Virus record (IMG/VR): IMGVR_UViG_3300042350_004191
Location: 62,001-126,000 of that record
DNA length: 64,000 bases
Strand: one strand, 5' to 3'
In this document: positions 36,975 through 50,933 of the stretch, one piece after another
Layout of the letters: each line of letters opens with the position of its first letter
How positions within the stretch are numbered: position 1 is the first letter of the stretch
Program-made: the position numbers and the translations under genes
Notes under the pieces: generated by a model
What the model was told of the DNA's origin: nothing
The model's input: the letters and a program-made list of their open reading frames with translations, nothing else
The model's database searches: none

Positions 36975-38441
36975 ATGGAAGATAATTTATTAAGTTTAGA
37001 ATTAGATGATAATGTAGGTGATGGATTAGCAAAAATAAACTATAACCTTCTAAATATCAATCAAGAATGTTGTACGATAGATTCTTTTTATAAAGAAAAT
37101 ACTAGGTTTCTAAATGATTTAGAAAACTTAATGGACAGAATAGATGTGCTTTTACCTGATGTAAATTATGACTTTTTAGAAAAATTAGAAGCTACTGTAC
37201 AGGTTTTGAGTGGTTATTGGAATAATTTAGAAATGTCTGTACAGTACCCATTCAACCCTATTAATGGATATGTCAGTTCTATTGTTGCTGCTGGAGAATT
37301 AGGTTCTCTTGTTTCACGCACTACACAAAATGAACAGATTGATTTAATTGCTGATACATTGGTTAAACAGGGAGTTTATTCGTCAAGGTTTGAAGCTAAA
37401 GAAGGATTCGATGATTTAGATATGGTTATAGTTTTTCGAGACGATAATGGAAATTTTACTTATTGGCAGTATCTTTATAAAAGTCTTATTTTAAATTTTA
37501 CTGTAGATAATCAAAATAATTTATACTATAACGAAAGATTGGTAGACATATATAGATTACCTTATTTTAGTGTAATTGCACCTAGAAATATAGATCTTTC
37601 AATTCAGGGAACAACTGTGGATTTTAATGATAAAGTTATTTATGTTGGGAATAACATAATACAGGCCAGTAGAGAGACTTTAAATAATTCATTTATTCAA
37701 TATACAACAGTAACAAGAAGACAATTATCTCAAACAGAAGAAACCTTGGATGTGACAACGTACACTCCTACAATAAAAAATTTAAGTGAAATAATTCCAG
37801 TTAATAATCCAACATATAAAGCAAAAATTAAAAAATTTAATGATGATGTATTAGAAAGTGTATTACAAAATCCTTTATTGAACACTATATCTTTAAGGTT
37901 TTTAAATAAATCTTATGCACCGAATAAATTTACGGATGGAAACATAATTAATGTAGTATTTTTCTTATATAATACAATAGGTTTGAATACTTCAAAAGCA
38001 AACATAGCAACGTCTTATTATGGTTTAGATGTTACTACTCCGAGAAATAATGCTAAAGTTAGGACTTTTCAAAATGAAATAACCGAAGTCGCACCATCGT
38101 CAAATACAACATTTTCTGTAAATTTTTCAAAAACCGATGTTTATGTTGAAAGAATTGTTCTTGTAAAATATAAAAAAGTTTCTAAAGTAGAATTTATAAC
38201 AAACGAAAGTACGGGAAAAGTTACCCCTAGAACTATACACTATTGGGAATTTGTTAATGCAAACATAGGTCCCAAATATAGAAAAGGTAACAGAACCAAA
38301 GTTAATGTAGATAATGCTCCTGTTTATGTAAGAAGAGCACCTACAGTATCTGAAATTAAGTTATTCCCAACTCAAATCATAACCCAAACTGGGGATATCC
38401 TAAATGATAGAAAAGGAAATACTTTCTTAATAGAAACTTGA
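36975..38441 (+). CDS. Coiled-coil virion protein (paralogue family member 3)
   Basis: DDNVGDGLAKINYNLLNI, SVQYP, FLNKSYAP..F.DG.IINVVFFL; ends IITQTGDILNDRKGNTFLIET. Confidence 0.65.
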   Translation: MEDNLLSLELDDNVGDGLAKINYNLLNINQECCTIDSFYKENTRFLNDLENLMDRIDVLLPDVNYDFLEKLEATVQVLSGYWNNLEMSVQYPFNPINGYVSSIVAAGELGSLVSRTTQNEQIDLIADTLVKQGVYSSRFEAKEGFDDLDMVIVFRDDNGNFTYWQYLYKSLILNFTVDNQNNLYYNERLVDIYRLPYFSVIAPRNIDLSIQGTTVDFNDKVIYVGNNIIQASRETLNNSFIQYTTVTRRQLSQTEETLDVTTYTPTIKNLSEIIPVNNPTYKAKIKKFNDDVLESVLQNPLLNTISLRFLNKSYAPNKFTDGNIINVVFFLYNTIGLNTSKANIATSYYGLDVTTPRNNAKVRTFQNEITEVAPSSNTTFSVNFSKTDVYVERIVLVKYKKVSKVEFITNESTGKVTPRTIHYWEFVNANIGPKYRKGNRTKVNVDNAPVYVRRAPTVSEIKLFPTQIITQTGDILNDRKGNTFLIET

Positions 38442-38456
38442 TTTTTGGTTTCTTTA

Positions 38457-38464
38457 TATAAATA
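38457..38464 (+). promoter_or_regulatory. Perfect T4 late promoter TATAAATA
   Basis: Exact consensus, only 5 nt before the ATG at 38470. Confidence 0.7.
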
Positions 38465-38469
38465 TTTTT

Positions 38470-39066
38470 ATGGCTAATGTAACTTTTAATGACCTTCCTA
38501 ACAGAACAACCGTAGGAAATAATGATTTTTTTGTCATTAATAGTTCTGACAGAACTGTTTTGCCCGAAGGTAAAGTAGGATTTAATGTATTAAAAAATGC
38601 AATACAAAGTAATACATTAACATCAAATTATTTTAGAAGTACTACTAATAATGTACAAGTAAAAACTGCTGCTACAGGTGATAATTTAATTACTATCAAT
38701 GATTCAGGAAGATTATTCACTTTTCCTAAAAGAAATAGTAATGCATATGGAATATTTCAGTTAAGTTGTAAAAGAACAGGGCCTGTTGCGTTAACAAATG
38801 TATTAGCATTTTTTAATCTAAAATGGTATAATAGAAGTACACAAACAACTAATGCGGTTGGCTTACTTGGTAGTTTAGATCCATTAAGTTTACCTATAAA
38901 TAACGGTTCAGGTTCACCCTCTAGCTCCACTATTCACAATACATTTTTAAGTATTCCTGTTGGTGACGGTATAGGATATATGCAATTAGAAGTAAGTTTT
39001 TCTTTAAATTTACCAAATGCAAGGGCTGTAGTCGAAACTAGCAGTTGGTTATTTCAAACAACATAA
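38470..39066 (+). CDS. Short fibre/tip protein
   Basis: MANVTFNDLP...NDFFVIN...EGKV N-terminal module; followed by a tail-fibre chaperone. Confidence 0.55.
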   Translation: MANVTFNDLPNRTTVGNNDFFVINSSDRTVLPEGKVGFNVLKNAIQSNTLTSNYFRSTTNNVQVKTAATGDNLITINDSGRLFTFPKRNSNAYGIFQLSCKRTGPVALTNVLAFFNLKWYNRSTQTTNAVGLLGSLDPLSLPINNGSGSPSSSTIHNTFLSIPVGDGIGYMQLEVSFSLNLPNARAVVETSSWLFQTT

Positions 39067-39071
39067 ATATT

Positions 39072-39290
39072 ATGGCAAATCTATCATGGGCAAGCGTACA
39101 AGAAGCAAGAAATTATTTGCTTAAGCAATCTGATTGGACACAATTATTAGACGTTCCTTTATCAGAAGAAGAAAAAGAAAAGTGGGTTACATATAGACAA
39201 GAACTCCGTGATATTACCAAAACTTTCAGAGCACCGGAGCAGGTTATTTGGCCTGTACCACCAGACCTACAAAGTCTAAATGAATCCTAA
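39072..39290 (+). CDS. Phage tail fibre assembly chaperone
   Basis: RNYLLKQSDWTQLLDVPL...W..YRQELRDIT...WPVPP is the classic tail-assembly-chaperone motif; start moved to ATG 39072. Confidence 0.88.
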   Translation: MANLSWASVQEARNYLLKQSDWTQLLDVPLSEEEKEKWVTYRQELRDITKTFRAPEQVIWPVPPDLQSLNES

Positions 39291-39744
39291 TCCATTTTTA
39301 CAATATAGACATGCTTTAGGTTTAGGCGATCTTGTAGCATGTACTTTACATTCTAAATATTTAAATCCAATAACAACATTTGTAACTGGAAAAGATGGAA
39401 TGTGCATGGCTTGTGATGCTAGAAGACAAGCATTAAATATTTTATTTCCAATACCAATGTGGAAATTATTTTTTGATTCTAAAGAAGAACAAGAAAAGAG
39501 TATTCAAAAATATATAGTGTATGAAGATGTTCCTAAAGAAAAGCCATCAGAAGAAATAATAAATAACATTAAACAAAATGAAGTACAAAAACAAATCACA
39601 GAAGAGTTTATTGAAGAACCTATAATAGAAAAAATTAAAAATGTGCCTAATAACGAAGAAATAGAAGACTATAGGTTCTTAAATTCTTCAGATGTTCATC
39701 TAGATAATTATATAGTAAGAACTACCGTTTATAGAAAAATATGA
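39280..39744 (+). CDS. Hypothetical protein with GLGD...CxxC..RRQALN motif
   Basis: GLGDLVACTLH...CMACDARRQALN, a possible metal-binding motif. Confidence 0.6.
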   Translation: MNPNPFLQYRHALGLGDLVACTLHSKYLNPITTFVTGKDGMCMACDARRQALNILFPIPMWKLFFDSKEEQEKSIQKYIVYEDVPKEKPSEEIINNIKQNEVQKQITEEFIEEPIIEKIKNVPNNEEIEDYRFLNSSDVHLDNYIVRTTVYRKI

Positions 39745-40211
39745 ATATACAGCCAAATACATTTATAACCCAACCTATGACAAGTACATTAGATGGTACG
39801 CGAAAATTTGGTTTATTTTTAAATAAAATTTTAGCTGGTATAAAGATGTTTCATTGGTATTCTTTAAATTACAATTTTCATACTGTAACAGATGATTTAC
39901 ATAAAGGTTTATCAAAACTAGTTGATACATTAATCGAGGAGCTTATTGAAGTAGTCCGGTCACAAAACATACCTTTTGAATTGAATTTACCAGAAATTCA
40001 AAATTTTGAAAACTGTCAAACATACCAACCAGAACTCCAAAGTTTTTCATCAAAATATAATGAAATTTCTTATGCGCTTTTACAAGTATTAAACTCCCCA
40101 GAATTTACGGATTTTACTCAAAAAAGTATATCGGGTATTAATAATGTAAAAGAAGAAATTGTATCTCTCTTAAACAAAACATCTTATCTTTTAAATCAAA
40201 TTAGAGAATAA
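39741..40211 (+). CDS. Ferritin/Dps-like four-helix protein (DUF5856-like)
   Basis: IKMFHW.....FH...DDL...L..LVD.LIE...INNVKEEI...LNKTSYLL. Confidence 0.7.
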   Translation: MNIQPNTFITQPMTSTLDGTRKFGLFLNKILAGIKMFHWYSLNYNFHTVTDDLHKGLSKLVDTLIEELIEVVRSQNIPFELNLPEIQNFENCQTYQPELQSFSSKYNEISYALLQVLNSPEFTDFTQKSISGINNVKEEIVSLLNKTSYLLNQIRE

Positions 40212-40212
40212 T

Positions 40213-40240
40213 TTGATTTAAAATCTTTTAGAGATATAAT
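40213..40240 (+). promoter_or_regulatory. sigma70-like promoter of the glycosylation operon
   Basis: TTGATT-16 nt-TATAAT, 6 nt before the ATG at 40247. Confidence 0.6.
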
Positions 40241-40246
40241 AGATAG

Positions 40247-41140
40247 ATGGAAAAAGTAGCCATAATACGTCCCGGTGCAATTGGAGATGTATTAATGTCT
40301 TTTAATTTTTTAAAACAATTAAAAGAAAAATACGAAGTTCATTATTTCTGTCATTCGTCCATCCATTCAGTATTAAAAAGCTTTGTAAAAAATAACAACT
40401 TACTGGATCATTTTTATATATTAGAAAATTATAATTCAGAAAATTTTTTAAAAACCATAAACCTAGTAGCTTATCCCTTGCATGAAGGATATCCTCATAA
40501 AAAAATGCAAAATCATTTATTATATTATTTTGCAAAAGAAATGGATGTAAATTTTACCTTTGATGATTTTGAATTAGATTTACCACCTTTACCTAAAAAA
40601 ATAAAAAACCAAAATTATCCTCGATATATTACGTTTCAAAACAAAACAGGATGGTCTGTCTATAAAGAATGGTGGGGTTGGCAGCAGTTAGTTGATATGA
40701 TTAAAACAAATTATCCAGAAATTGAAATATATCAGATAGGTGGTCCAAATGATCCACAAATCAATAATATAGATGGTTCGTTTTGTGGTGATACTTTTGA
40801 AGATAATTTAGCAGCACAAGCATGGTCCATTGGTCATATTGGTTTAGATTCTGTATTCGAGGTAACAACAAACATCCAATGGAGAAATAAAGGAAGAAAT
40901 AAAGGAATAATACTATTTGGGTCTACCCAACATGACGCAACCGGATATCCTTTTAACACTAATATATGTTTAAATTTACCGTGTCAGCCGTGTTTTAGAG
41001 AAGATCCTAAGATAAGTCAGATGTCATTAGGGTCTTGTATAAATCCACCAAATCAAGAATATGATAATCCAAAACATGCTTGTATGATAGGAATTACGCC
41101 TGAAATGGTTTATCTAAACACCTTGAAATTGTTCAGTTAG
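40247..41140 (+). CDS. GT-B glycosyltransferase, GT9 (heptosyltransferase)-like
   Basis: RPGAIGDVLM, IYQIGG, HIGLDS, IILFGST, CQPCF...C...CM..ITPEMV. Confidence 0.82.
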   Translation: MEKVAIIRPGAIGDVLMSFNFLKQLKEKYEVHYFCHSSIHSVLKSFVKNNNLLDHFYILENYNSENFLKTINLVAYPLHEGYPHKKMQNHLLYYFAKEMDVNFTFDDFELDLPPLPKKIKNQNYPRYITFQNKTGWSVYKEWWGWQQLVDMIKTNYPEIEIYQIGGPNDPQINNIDGSFCGDTFEDNLAAQAWSIGHIGLDSVFEVTTNIQWRNKGRNKGIILFGSTQHDATGYPFNTNICLNLPCQPCFREDPKISQMSLGSCINPPNQEYDNPKHACMIGITPEMVYLNTLKLFS

Positions 41141-41151
41141 TATATTAGTAT
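41123..41151 (+). promoter_or_regulatory. sigma70-like promoter
   Basis: TTGAAA-17 nt-TAGTAT, 5 nt before the ATG at 41157. Confidence 0.45.
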
Positions 41152-41156
41152 ATAGT

Positions 41157-41786
41157 ATGAATATTAATAACTATCATGTTGATGACTTTGGGGTTATTCA
41201 TCAAAAAAAAATTTACCCAATAACATATGATAAAAAATATGTAAAGGAACGATACGACACTTATGGTGAAAAAGTTCGTCAAATGTCTTTTTTGCGTCTG
41301 GGTTATTTGTTAGGTGCTATAAATAAAACTCCTAAATCAATACTTGATGTTGGTTATGGAAATGGTGATTTTTTAAAAACTTGTGCATCTATCATCCCCG
41401 AATGCTTTGGAAATGATGTTACAGGTTATCCTTTACCTGAAAATATTAAGTTTATTGAAAATATTTTTGAAAACTATTATGAAGTAATATCTTTTTTTGA
41501 TGTTTTGGAACATTTTGAAAATATCAACATCATTCAACATTTAAAATGTGACTATATCATTATATCCGTTCCTTGGTGTTACGATTATGAAAATAAAGAA
41601 TGGTTTTTAAATTGGAAACATTTAAGACCAAATGAACATCTTCATCATTTTAACGAAAAATCTCTTATTAAGTTTTTTGAACATAATTCATTTCAATGTG
41701 TTTGTTATAGCAATGTTGAAGATGCTATTAGGAAAGATCCTAACAATAAAAAAAATATTTTAACTGCTGTCTTTAAAAAGATATAG
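41157..41786 (+). CDS. Class I SAM-dependent methyltransferase
   Basis: SILDVGYGNGDFL, FFDVLEHF, IISVP, EHLHHF..KSL. Confidence 0.88.
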   Translation: MNINNYHVDDFGVIHQKKIYPITYDKKYVKERYDTYGEKVRQMSFLRLGYLLGAINKTPKSILDVGYGNGDFLKTCASIIPECFGNDVTGYPLPENIKFIENIFENYYEVISFFDVLEHFENINIIQHLKCDYIIISVPWCYDYENKEWFLNWKHLRPNEHLHHFNEKSLIKFFEHNSFQCVCYSNVEDAIRKDPNNKKNILTAVFKKI

Positions 41787-41789
41787 TTT

Positions 41790-43661
41790 ATGAAAAAAGT
41801 AGGGACTGTATTATTAATAACTCGTTATGGTGGTTTGGGTGATCTCATAATGATGCTTCCGACCATCAAGGCTCTAAAAGAAAAACATAATAATTGTAAA
41901 ATAGTTCTTCGAACATACAAGGATTATGAAAATTTCATAAAAGAATCCCCATTAATTGATCAAGTAGTATTAGATGATAATGGCTATAATCTGTTTACTA
42001 CACACGAAGGAGTTTTTTCTTTAAAAGAAGATAACGCTTTTGCAAGTAAAGATCAAAAAGTCATTCATTACAATTTCCAAGGAGTTATAGAAAACCGTAA
42101 AGACGTTCATGGTGTAATTGCGTTTGCAGAACATGCTAAAGTAAATGTTGTTTTTGATGGAAGTTATGAAAAAAACCTTTTGAATTGGTATGATAGAAAT
42201 AGCGAAAGTCCGTCAATTGTGGTTCAATTAAGAAACGTGGGAGATGGGAGAGATTTAACTATAAAGGATTTACCTTACGAAGAACTTTTAAAAAATAATG
42301 CATATTTTATAGATAAAATTATACCAGATAAAGATTATTTGAACCTAATTGCAAATAGTAAAATTTTTGTTGGTACAAATTCTTCAGGTTTACCTATTGC
42401 TGCCGCAACTCATGTGCCTTGTATGTTTATTTTGTTTAATGAAGAATTTCCTCCTTCAATACGAAGTTACAATGGAGTTTATAATTATACAAATACAAAG
42501 GAACTATCCGCCGATTTATCAAAATATCTTTTAAAAGATTGTCATTACAAGAAGATTGGGTTGTCGATGATAGTTAAAAATGAATCCAGAGTCATTAAAA
42601 GATGTTTGGATAGTGTAAAACCATTGGTTGATTATGTTTGTATATCAGATACGGGTTCAACAGATAATACAATCGAAATAATTGAACAATGGTTAAAAGA
42701 AAACAGTATAAAAGGTGAAGTAAATCGAGAAAAATGGGAAAATTTTGCCTCTAATAGAAGTAAATCATTAGAAAATCTCAGAAAACATAAAGACATTGAC
42801 TATACATTGGTTATAGATGCAGATGAGATATTAAAATTTGATGATAATTTCGATTATTTTAAATTTAAAACTAGTTTAACAGCGGATTTATATAATATTA
42901 CTTGTAAATTTGGTAGTATTGAATATGCAAGGACAAATTTATTCAAAAATTCCAAAAATTTTTATTATAAATGTGTTTTACACGAATATCTGGAATGTTA
43001 TGAGCCTATTTTAAGTCGAGACACTGCAAAAGGCGTATATAATATCCCAATTCAAGATTCTGCCCGAAATACAGATGTTCAAAAATATCAAAATGATGCT
43101 AAATTATTAGAGGAAGCATTAAAAACGGAAAAAGATCCTTATTTAATTCAAAGATATACCTTTTATCTTGCTCAATCGTATAAAGATTGTGAGCAAAATG
43201 GTAAAGCGATCTATTGGTATAACAAAAGAGCCGAATTAGGTGGTTGGGATCAAGAAGTATATTGGTCTTTGTATCAGGTAGCTCGATTAAAAGAAATCAT
43301 GGGCTATCCCGAAGATGATATTGTCCAAAGTTATCTTCGTGCTTATGAAAAATGTACTTCCAGAATCGAAGCATTGCATAATGCTATTAAATTTTGCAGA
43401 ACACATGGTAGAGATCATCAAGCATATATGATTGGAAAATATGCCAAATCATTACCAGTTGATAAAACTGGACTATTTGTAGAAACTTGGATGATAGATT
43501 ATGCTTTAGATGATGAATTTTCTATTGCCTGTTATTGGTCAGGTCACTATGCAGAGGGATTAAAGGTTTCTGAAGAATTAATCAACAAAATACCAGAAGA
43601 TCAAAAACCTAGAATACAACAAAATATACAATTCTTTAAAGAAAAATTACTCGTAAAATGA
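41790..43661 (+). CDS. Fusion of GT9-like domain, GT2 glycosyltransferase and TPR repeats
   Basis: N-terminal RYGGLGDLIMMLP and FVGTNSSG; then LSMIVKNE..I.RCL.SV, DTGSTDNT, NF..NR, IDADE, LHEY; then FYLAQSYKD and related TPR helices. Confidence 0.88.
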   Translation: MKKVGTVLLITRYGGLGDLIMMLPTIKALKEKHNNCKIVLRTYKDYENFIKESPLIDQVVLDDNGYNLFTTHEGVFSLKEDNAFASKDQKVIHYNFQGVIENRKDVHGVIAFAEHAKVNVVFDGSYEKNLLNWYDRNSESPSIVVQLRNVGDGRDLTIKDLPYEELLKNNAYFIDKIIPDKDYLNLIANSKIFVGTNSSGLPIAAATHVPCMFILFNEEFPPSIRSYNGVYNYTNTKELSADLSKYLLKDCHYKKIGLSMIVKNESRVIKRCLDSVKPLVDYVCISDTGSTDNTIEIIEQWLKENSIKGEVNREKWENFASNRSKSLENLRKHKDIDYTLVIDADEILKFDDNFDYFKFKTSLTADLYNITCKFGSIEYARTNLFKNSKNFYYKCVLHEYLECYEPILSRDTAKGVYNIPIQDSARNTDVQKYQNDAKLLEEALKTEKDPYLIQRYTFYLAQSYKDCEQNGKAIYWYNKRAELGGWDQEVYWSLYQVARLKEIMGYPEDDIVQSYLRAYEKCTSRIEALHNAIKFCRTHGRDHQAYMIGKYAKSLPVDKTGLFVETWMIDYALDDEFSIACYWSGHYAEGLKVSEELINKIPEDQKPRIQQNIQFFKEKLLVK

Positions 43662-43856
43662 TTGTGATTCTAAATCATAAAACTTTCCAATGTTATCTGG
43701 AGAGTATTCGATGTCAGGTAAACATATTTCAACTACATTTGAATATGTTTTAGTTGGGTAATCAAATACTTGATAAGTTCTACCATCTTGTGGAGCATTA
43801 GAATATCTCAACAGCCTGTAGTTATCATCTTGATTAAATATACCGTAATATGTCAT
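43647..43856 (-). CDS. Small putative fibre chaperone/accessory protein
   Basis: 69 aa, EYSPDNIGKFYDLESQSF; paralogue of 2296..2505. Confidence 0.55.
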   Translation of the reverse strand: MTYYGIFNQDDNYRLLRYSNAPQDGRTYQVFDYPTKTYSNVVEICLPDIEYSPDNIGKFYDLESQSFYE

Positions 43857-43857
43857 A

Positions 43858-45925
<2,068 letters not shown>

Positions 45926-45945
45926 TAAATATTTATCATTTTTTC

Positions 45946-46284
45946 TTATAAATTATCTTTAATATAGATAACTCTATTAAGATGTTCTCCGTCTGAAAAT
46001 TTTATAAGAATTTCAGCATAGCCTTTGTCTAAATTGATACTAAAGTCTTCATAAGATTCACCTAGATTTTTTGATTCTAAATAAAGACTTTTTACTAAAT
46101 TAATGGCATCTTCGGTATGTAAATTTTCCGCTTTAATTGAGGTAAACCCTGAACTAGGATAAACTAGAGTATATCTTGAATTATCTAATTCTTCATTGTA
46201 ATTTAAATTTAATAAAGTTAAAGAATCTGTTTGTTTATCAAGATAAACATTTAAATACTGATCATATATTTCGACATTTTTCAT
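45946..46284 (-). CDS. Hypothetical protein
   Basis: ORF abuts the protease stop; likely start ATG 46284 (MKNVEIY). Confidence 0.55.
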   Translation of the reverse strand: MKNVEIYDQYLNVYLDKQTDSLTLLNLNYNEELDNSRYTLVYPSSGFTSIKAENLHTEDAINLVKSLYLESKNLGESYEDFSINLDKGYAEILIKFSDGEHLNRVIYIKDNL

Positions 46285-46286
46285 AA

Positions 46287-47510
46287 TTAAATTACTGTTA
46301 AACCAGTTTGCCAATATCTTTTATTTCCTTCGTCAACATATGGCAAATCTGATTTTCCTTCTACATACTTAACTCTTTCTTTCCCTAAATCAGTCAAAGC
46401 TGTAGTTTGTCCATCCCACGACGATAATTGTAATGTTGAACAAATATTATCGATTCTACAAGCATATGATGGACTATTATCTCCTAAATCTGAACCAGCA
46501 AAAGTTAAACCAACCACTTTCCATGCGCTTAAAGATTGGCTTTCTGGATTTATTAAAGCACAAACAGCACTTCCAGAATCTCCACCGCTACTAGCAACAG
46601 TAAATGTTCCTCTATAAGTTAAACATGATGTAAAATTTAAAATATTTCCACTAAAATTAACACCTACAGAAACTCCGACTTGAGTAGCAGTAAGAGAACA
46701 CGATTCAGAACCCCAAGGTATAGAACCTGGCCATCCCACAGGACCAGTTGTTGCACCTGATTTAAAAATTGGATTTTTATTTATGACCAAATTATCAATT
46801 TCAGAGGTAGTGGCAAATTCAAGATTTCCATAATTTAAATTTAATTGTTTAAAAGATGTAAGTGTGTTTACTCTACTTGAATTTGTTATTGCTACAACGG
46901 CTGCATCAATTGTGTTCCCACTTGCTAAAAGCGGAACATACCTTTTTAATTTCATTGTAGATTGATTTGACCAAGGGAAAGCTTGGTATACTGTTGTTTG
47001 TCTATTGCTAAAACTTGAAGACAATAAAGATGCGTCTCTTTCTGTATAAGCAGCAACGTGTGCATTTGTTAATGCAACAAGAGTATTGTCGGTGAGATCT
47101 TTACAGATAAGTCCCATAGTTCCTGTAAATGCACTGTTTCCTAAATTTAATGGATTATCTATTGATATTCTTGTTCCACCGATATATGTTGTTCGAGATG
47201 ATCTATGTAATGAAACGGGTTCAACTGAATCACTAATTTCATAGCAAGATGGGTATGCAACAGCTTGTGGTATTTGAATAACATCAGTAGTAAAAATACT
47301 ACCATCTTCTGTTGTTATTGTTGATGGTAAAATTTCATTTTGTGGAATAGATGATAATGGTTTTTTTTCTGTAACACCAAAAACTATAGAAAGTTCGTTT
47401 GTTAATTTTCCATCAACTTCTTTAAATCCATAACCAACCGAATGAACATATTCTGGAGTTTCTTGTAAAAGCTTTTGTGTAAGCTTTTCTATATTTTCAA
47501 TATTATTCAT
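46287..47510 (-). CDS. Nal1-like trypsin-fold serine protease
   Basis: Triad motifs GTMG...LTNAHV, DAAVV, KSGATTG, GGDSGSAV and VVGLTFAG; N-terminal VGYGFK..G..T....I...V..KKP...L...EILP....TDVI as in Nal1-type proteins. Confidence 0.82.
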   Translation of the reverse strand: MNNIENIEKLTQKLLQETPEYVHSVGYGFKEVDGKLTNELSIVFGVTEKKPLSSIPQNEILPSTITTEDGSIFTTDVIQIPQAVAYPSCYEISDSVEPVSLHRSSRTTYIGGTRISIDNPLNLGNSAFTGTMGLICKDLTDNTLVALTNAHVAAYTERDASLLSSSFSNRQTTVYQAFPWSNQSTMKLKRYVPLLASGNTIDAAVVAITNSSRVNTLTSFKQLNLNYGNLEFATTSEIDNLVINKNPIFKSGATTGPVGWPGSIPWGSESCSLTATQVGVSVGVNFSGNILNFTSCLTYRGTFTVASSGGDSGSAVCALINPESQSLSAWKVVGLTFAGSDLGDNSPSYACRIDNICSTLQLSSWDGQTTALTDLGKERVKYVEGKSDLPYVDEGNKRYWQTGLTVI

Positions 47511-48212
47511 ACGATACAAATGTTGTATATGTTGAAGATGGTATTGTGCTTACAGGTTCATCTATTCTATAAACTTTTATGCCATTAAAATATAAATCAT
47601 TAACAGTTGCTGGTGTTGGATCTGTTCCAGAAATATAAAATTTAAAACCTCTAATATTACTATAACCGTTACGTGTTATATCATTTTCAGTATAAGTTGT
47701 TGAATTTAAAGTTACTGAATAACTATAAGAATTTAAATTAGTTTTTTTCAAAACTATTCTTGCTACCATTGTTGGTGAATAATCTTGTCCTGTGCTTATT
47801 CCATTTATAATATAATTTCCTGCTCCTCCACCACCAACATTAAAATTAAAAACTTCTTGGGACCATTCTGTATCACTGTAAGCACTAAACCCCTTATTTC
47901 CGTTTCTAAAATTTACAGATATTGCTGCGGATAATGCATAACCTACCGACAAACTTGATGGTAAGTTTCTTTTTAAATCTATAAAACTTCCCGCTGGATT
48001 TCCATATGCCCCAAAAGATACTCCATTTGTATCTATTAAATTACCGAATGATTGCCCTATAAATGCACCAGCCGTACCGTTTGATGTAAAATCCCATGCA
48101 TTGAAACCATAACCAAAATTAGATGCTCCAATAAAAGATCCTCCATAGTTATTGGCTCTATCTTCACCAATAACAGAATTCGATCCTGCTAAAGATCCTA
48201 AAAATGTTCTCA

Positions 48213-48213
<1 letters not shown>
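47503..48213 (-). CDS. Beta-sandwich (lectin-like) hypothetical protein
   Basis: Likely start ATG 48213 (MRTFLGSL), TAATG-coupled to the upstream collagen; Gly/aromatic-rich, ends NDLYFNGIKV... Confidence 0.5.

Positions 48214-50933
<2,720 letters not shown>

Noticed and set aside
588-42534. Short nested ORFs inside larger genes (e.g. 588..824, 4798..5181, 6298..6645, 8119..8340, 8162..8383, 8663..8887, 17898..18215, 33009..33326, 34832..35023, 42349..42534)
   Set aside because: They overlap well-supported genes, have no recognisable motifs or promoter signals, and are the size expected by chance.
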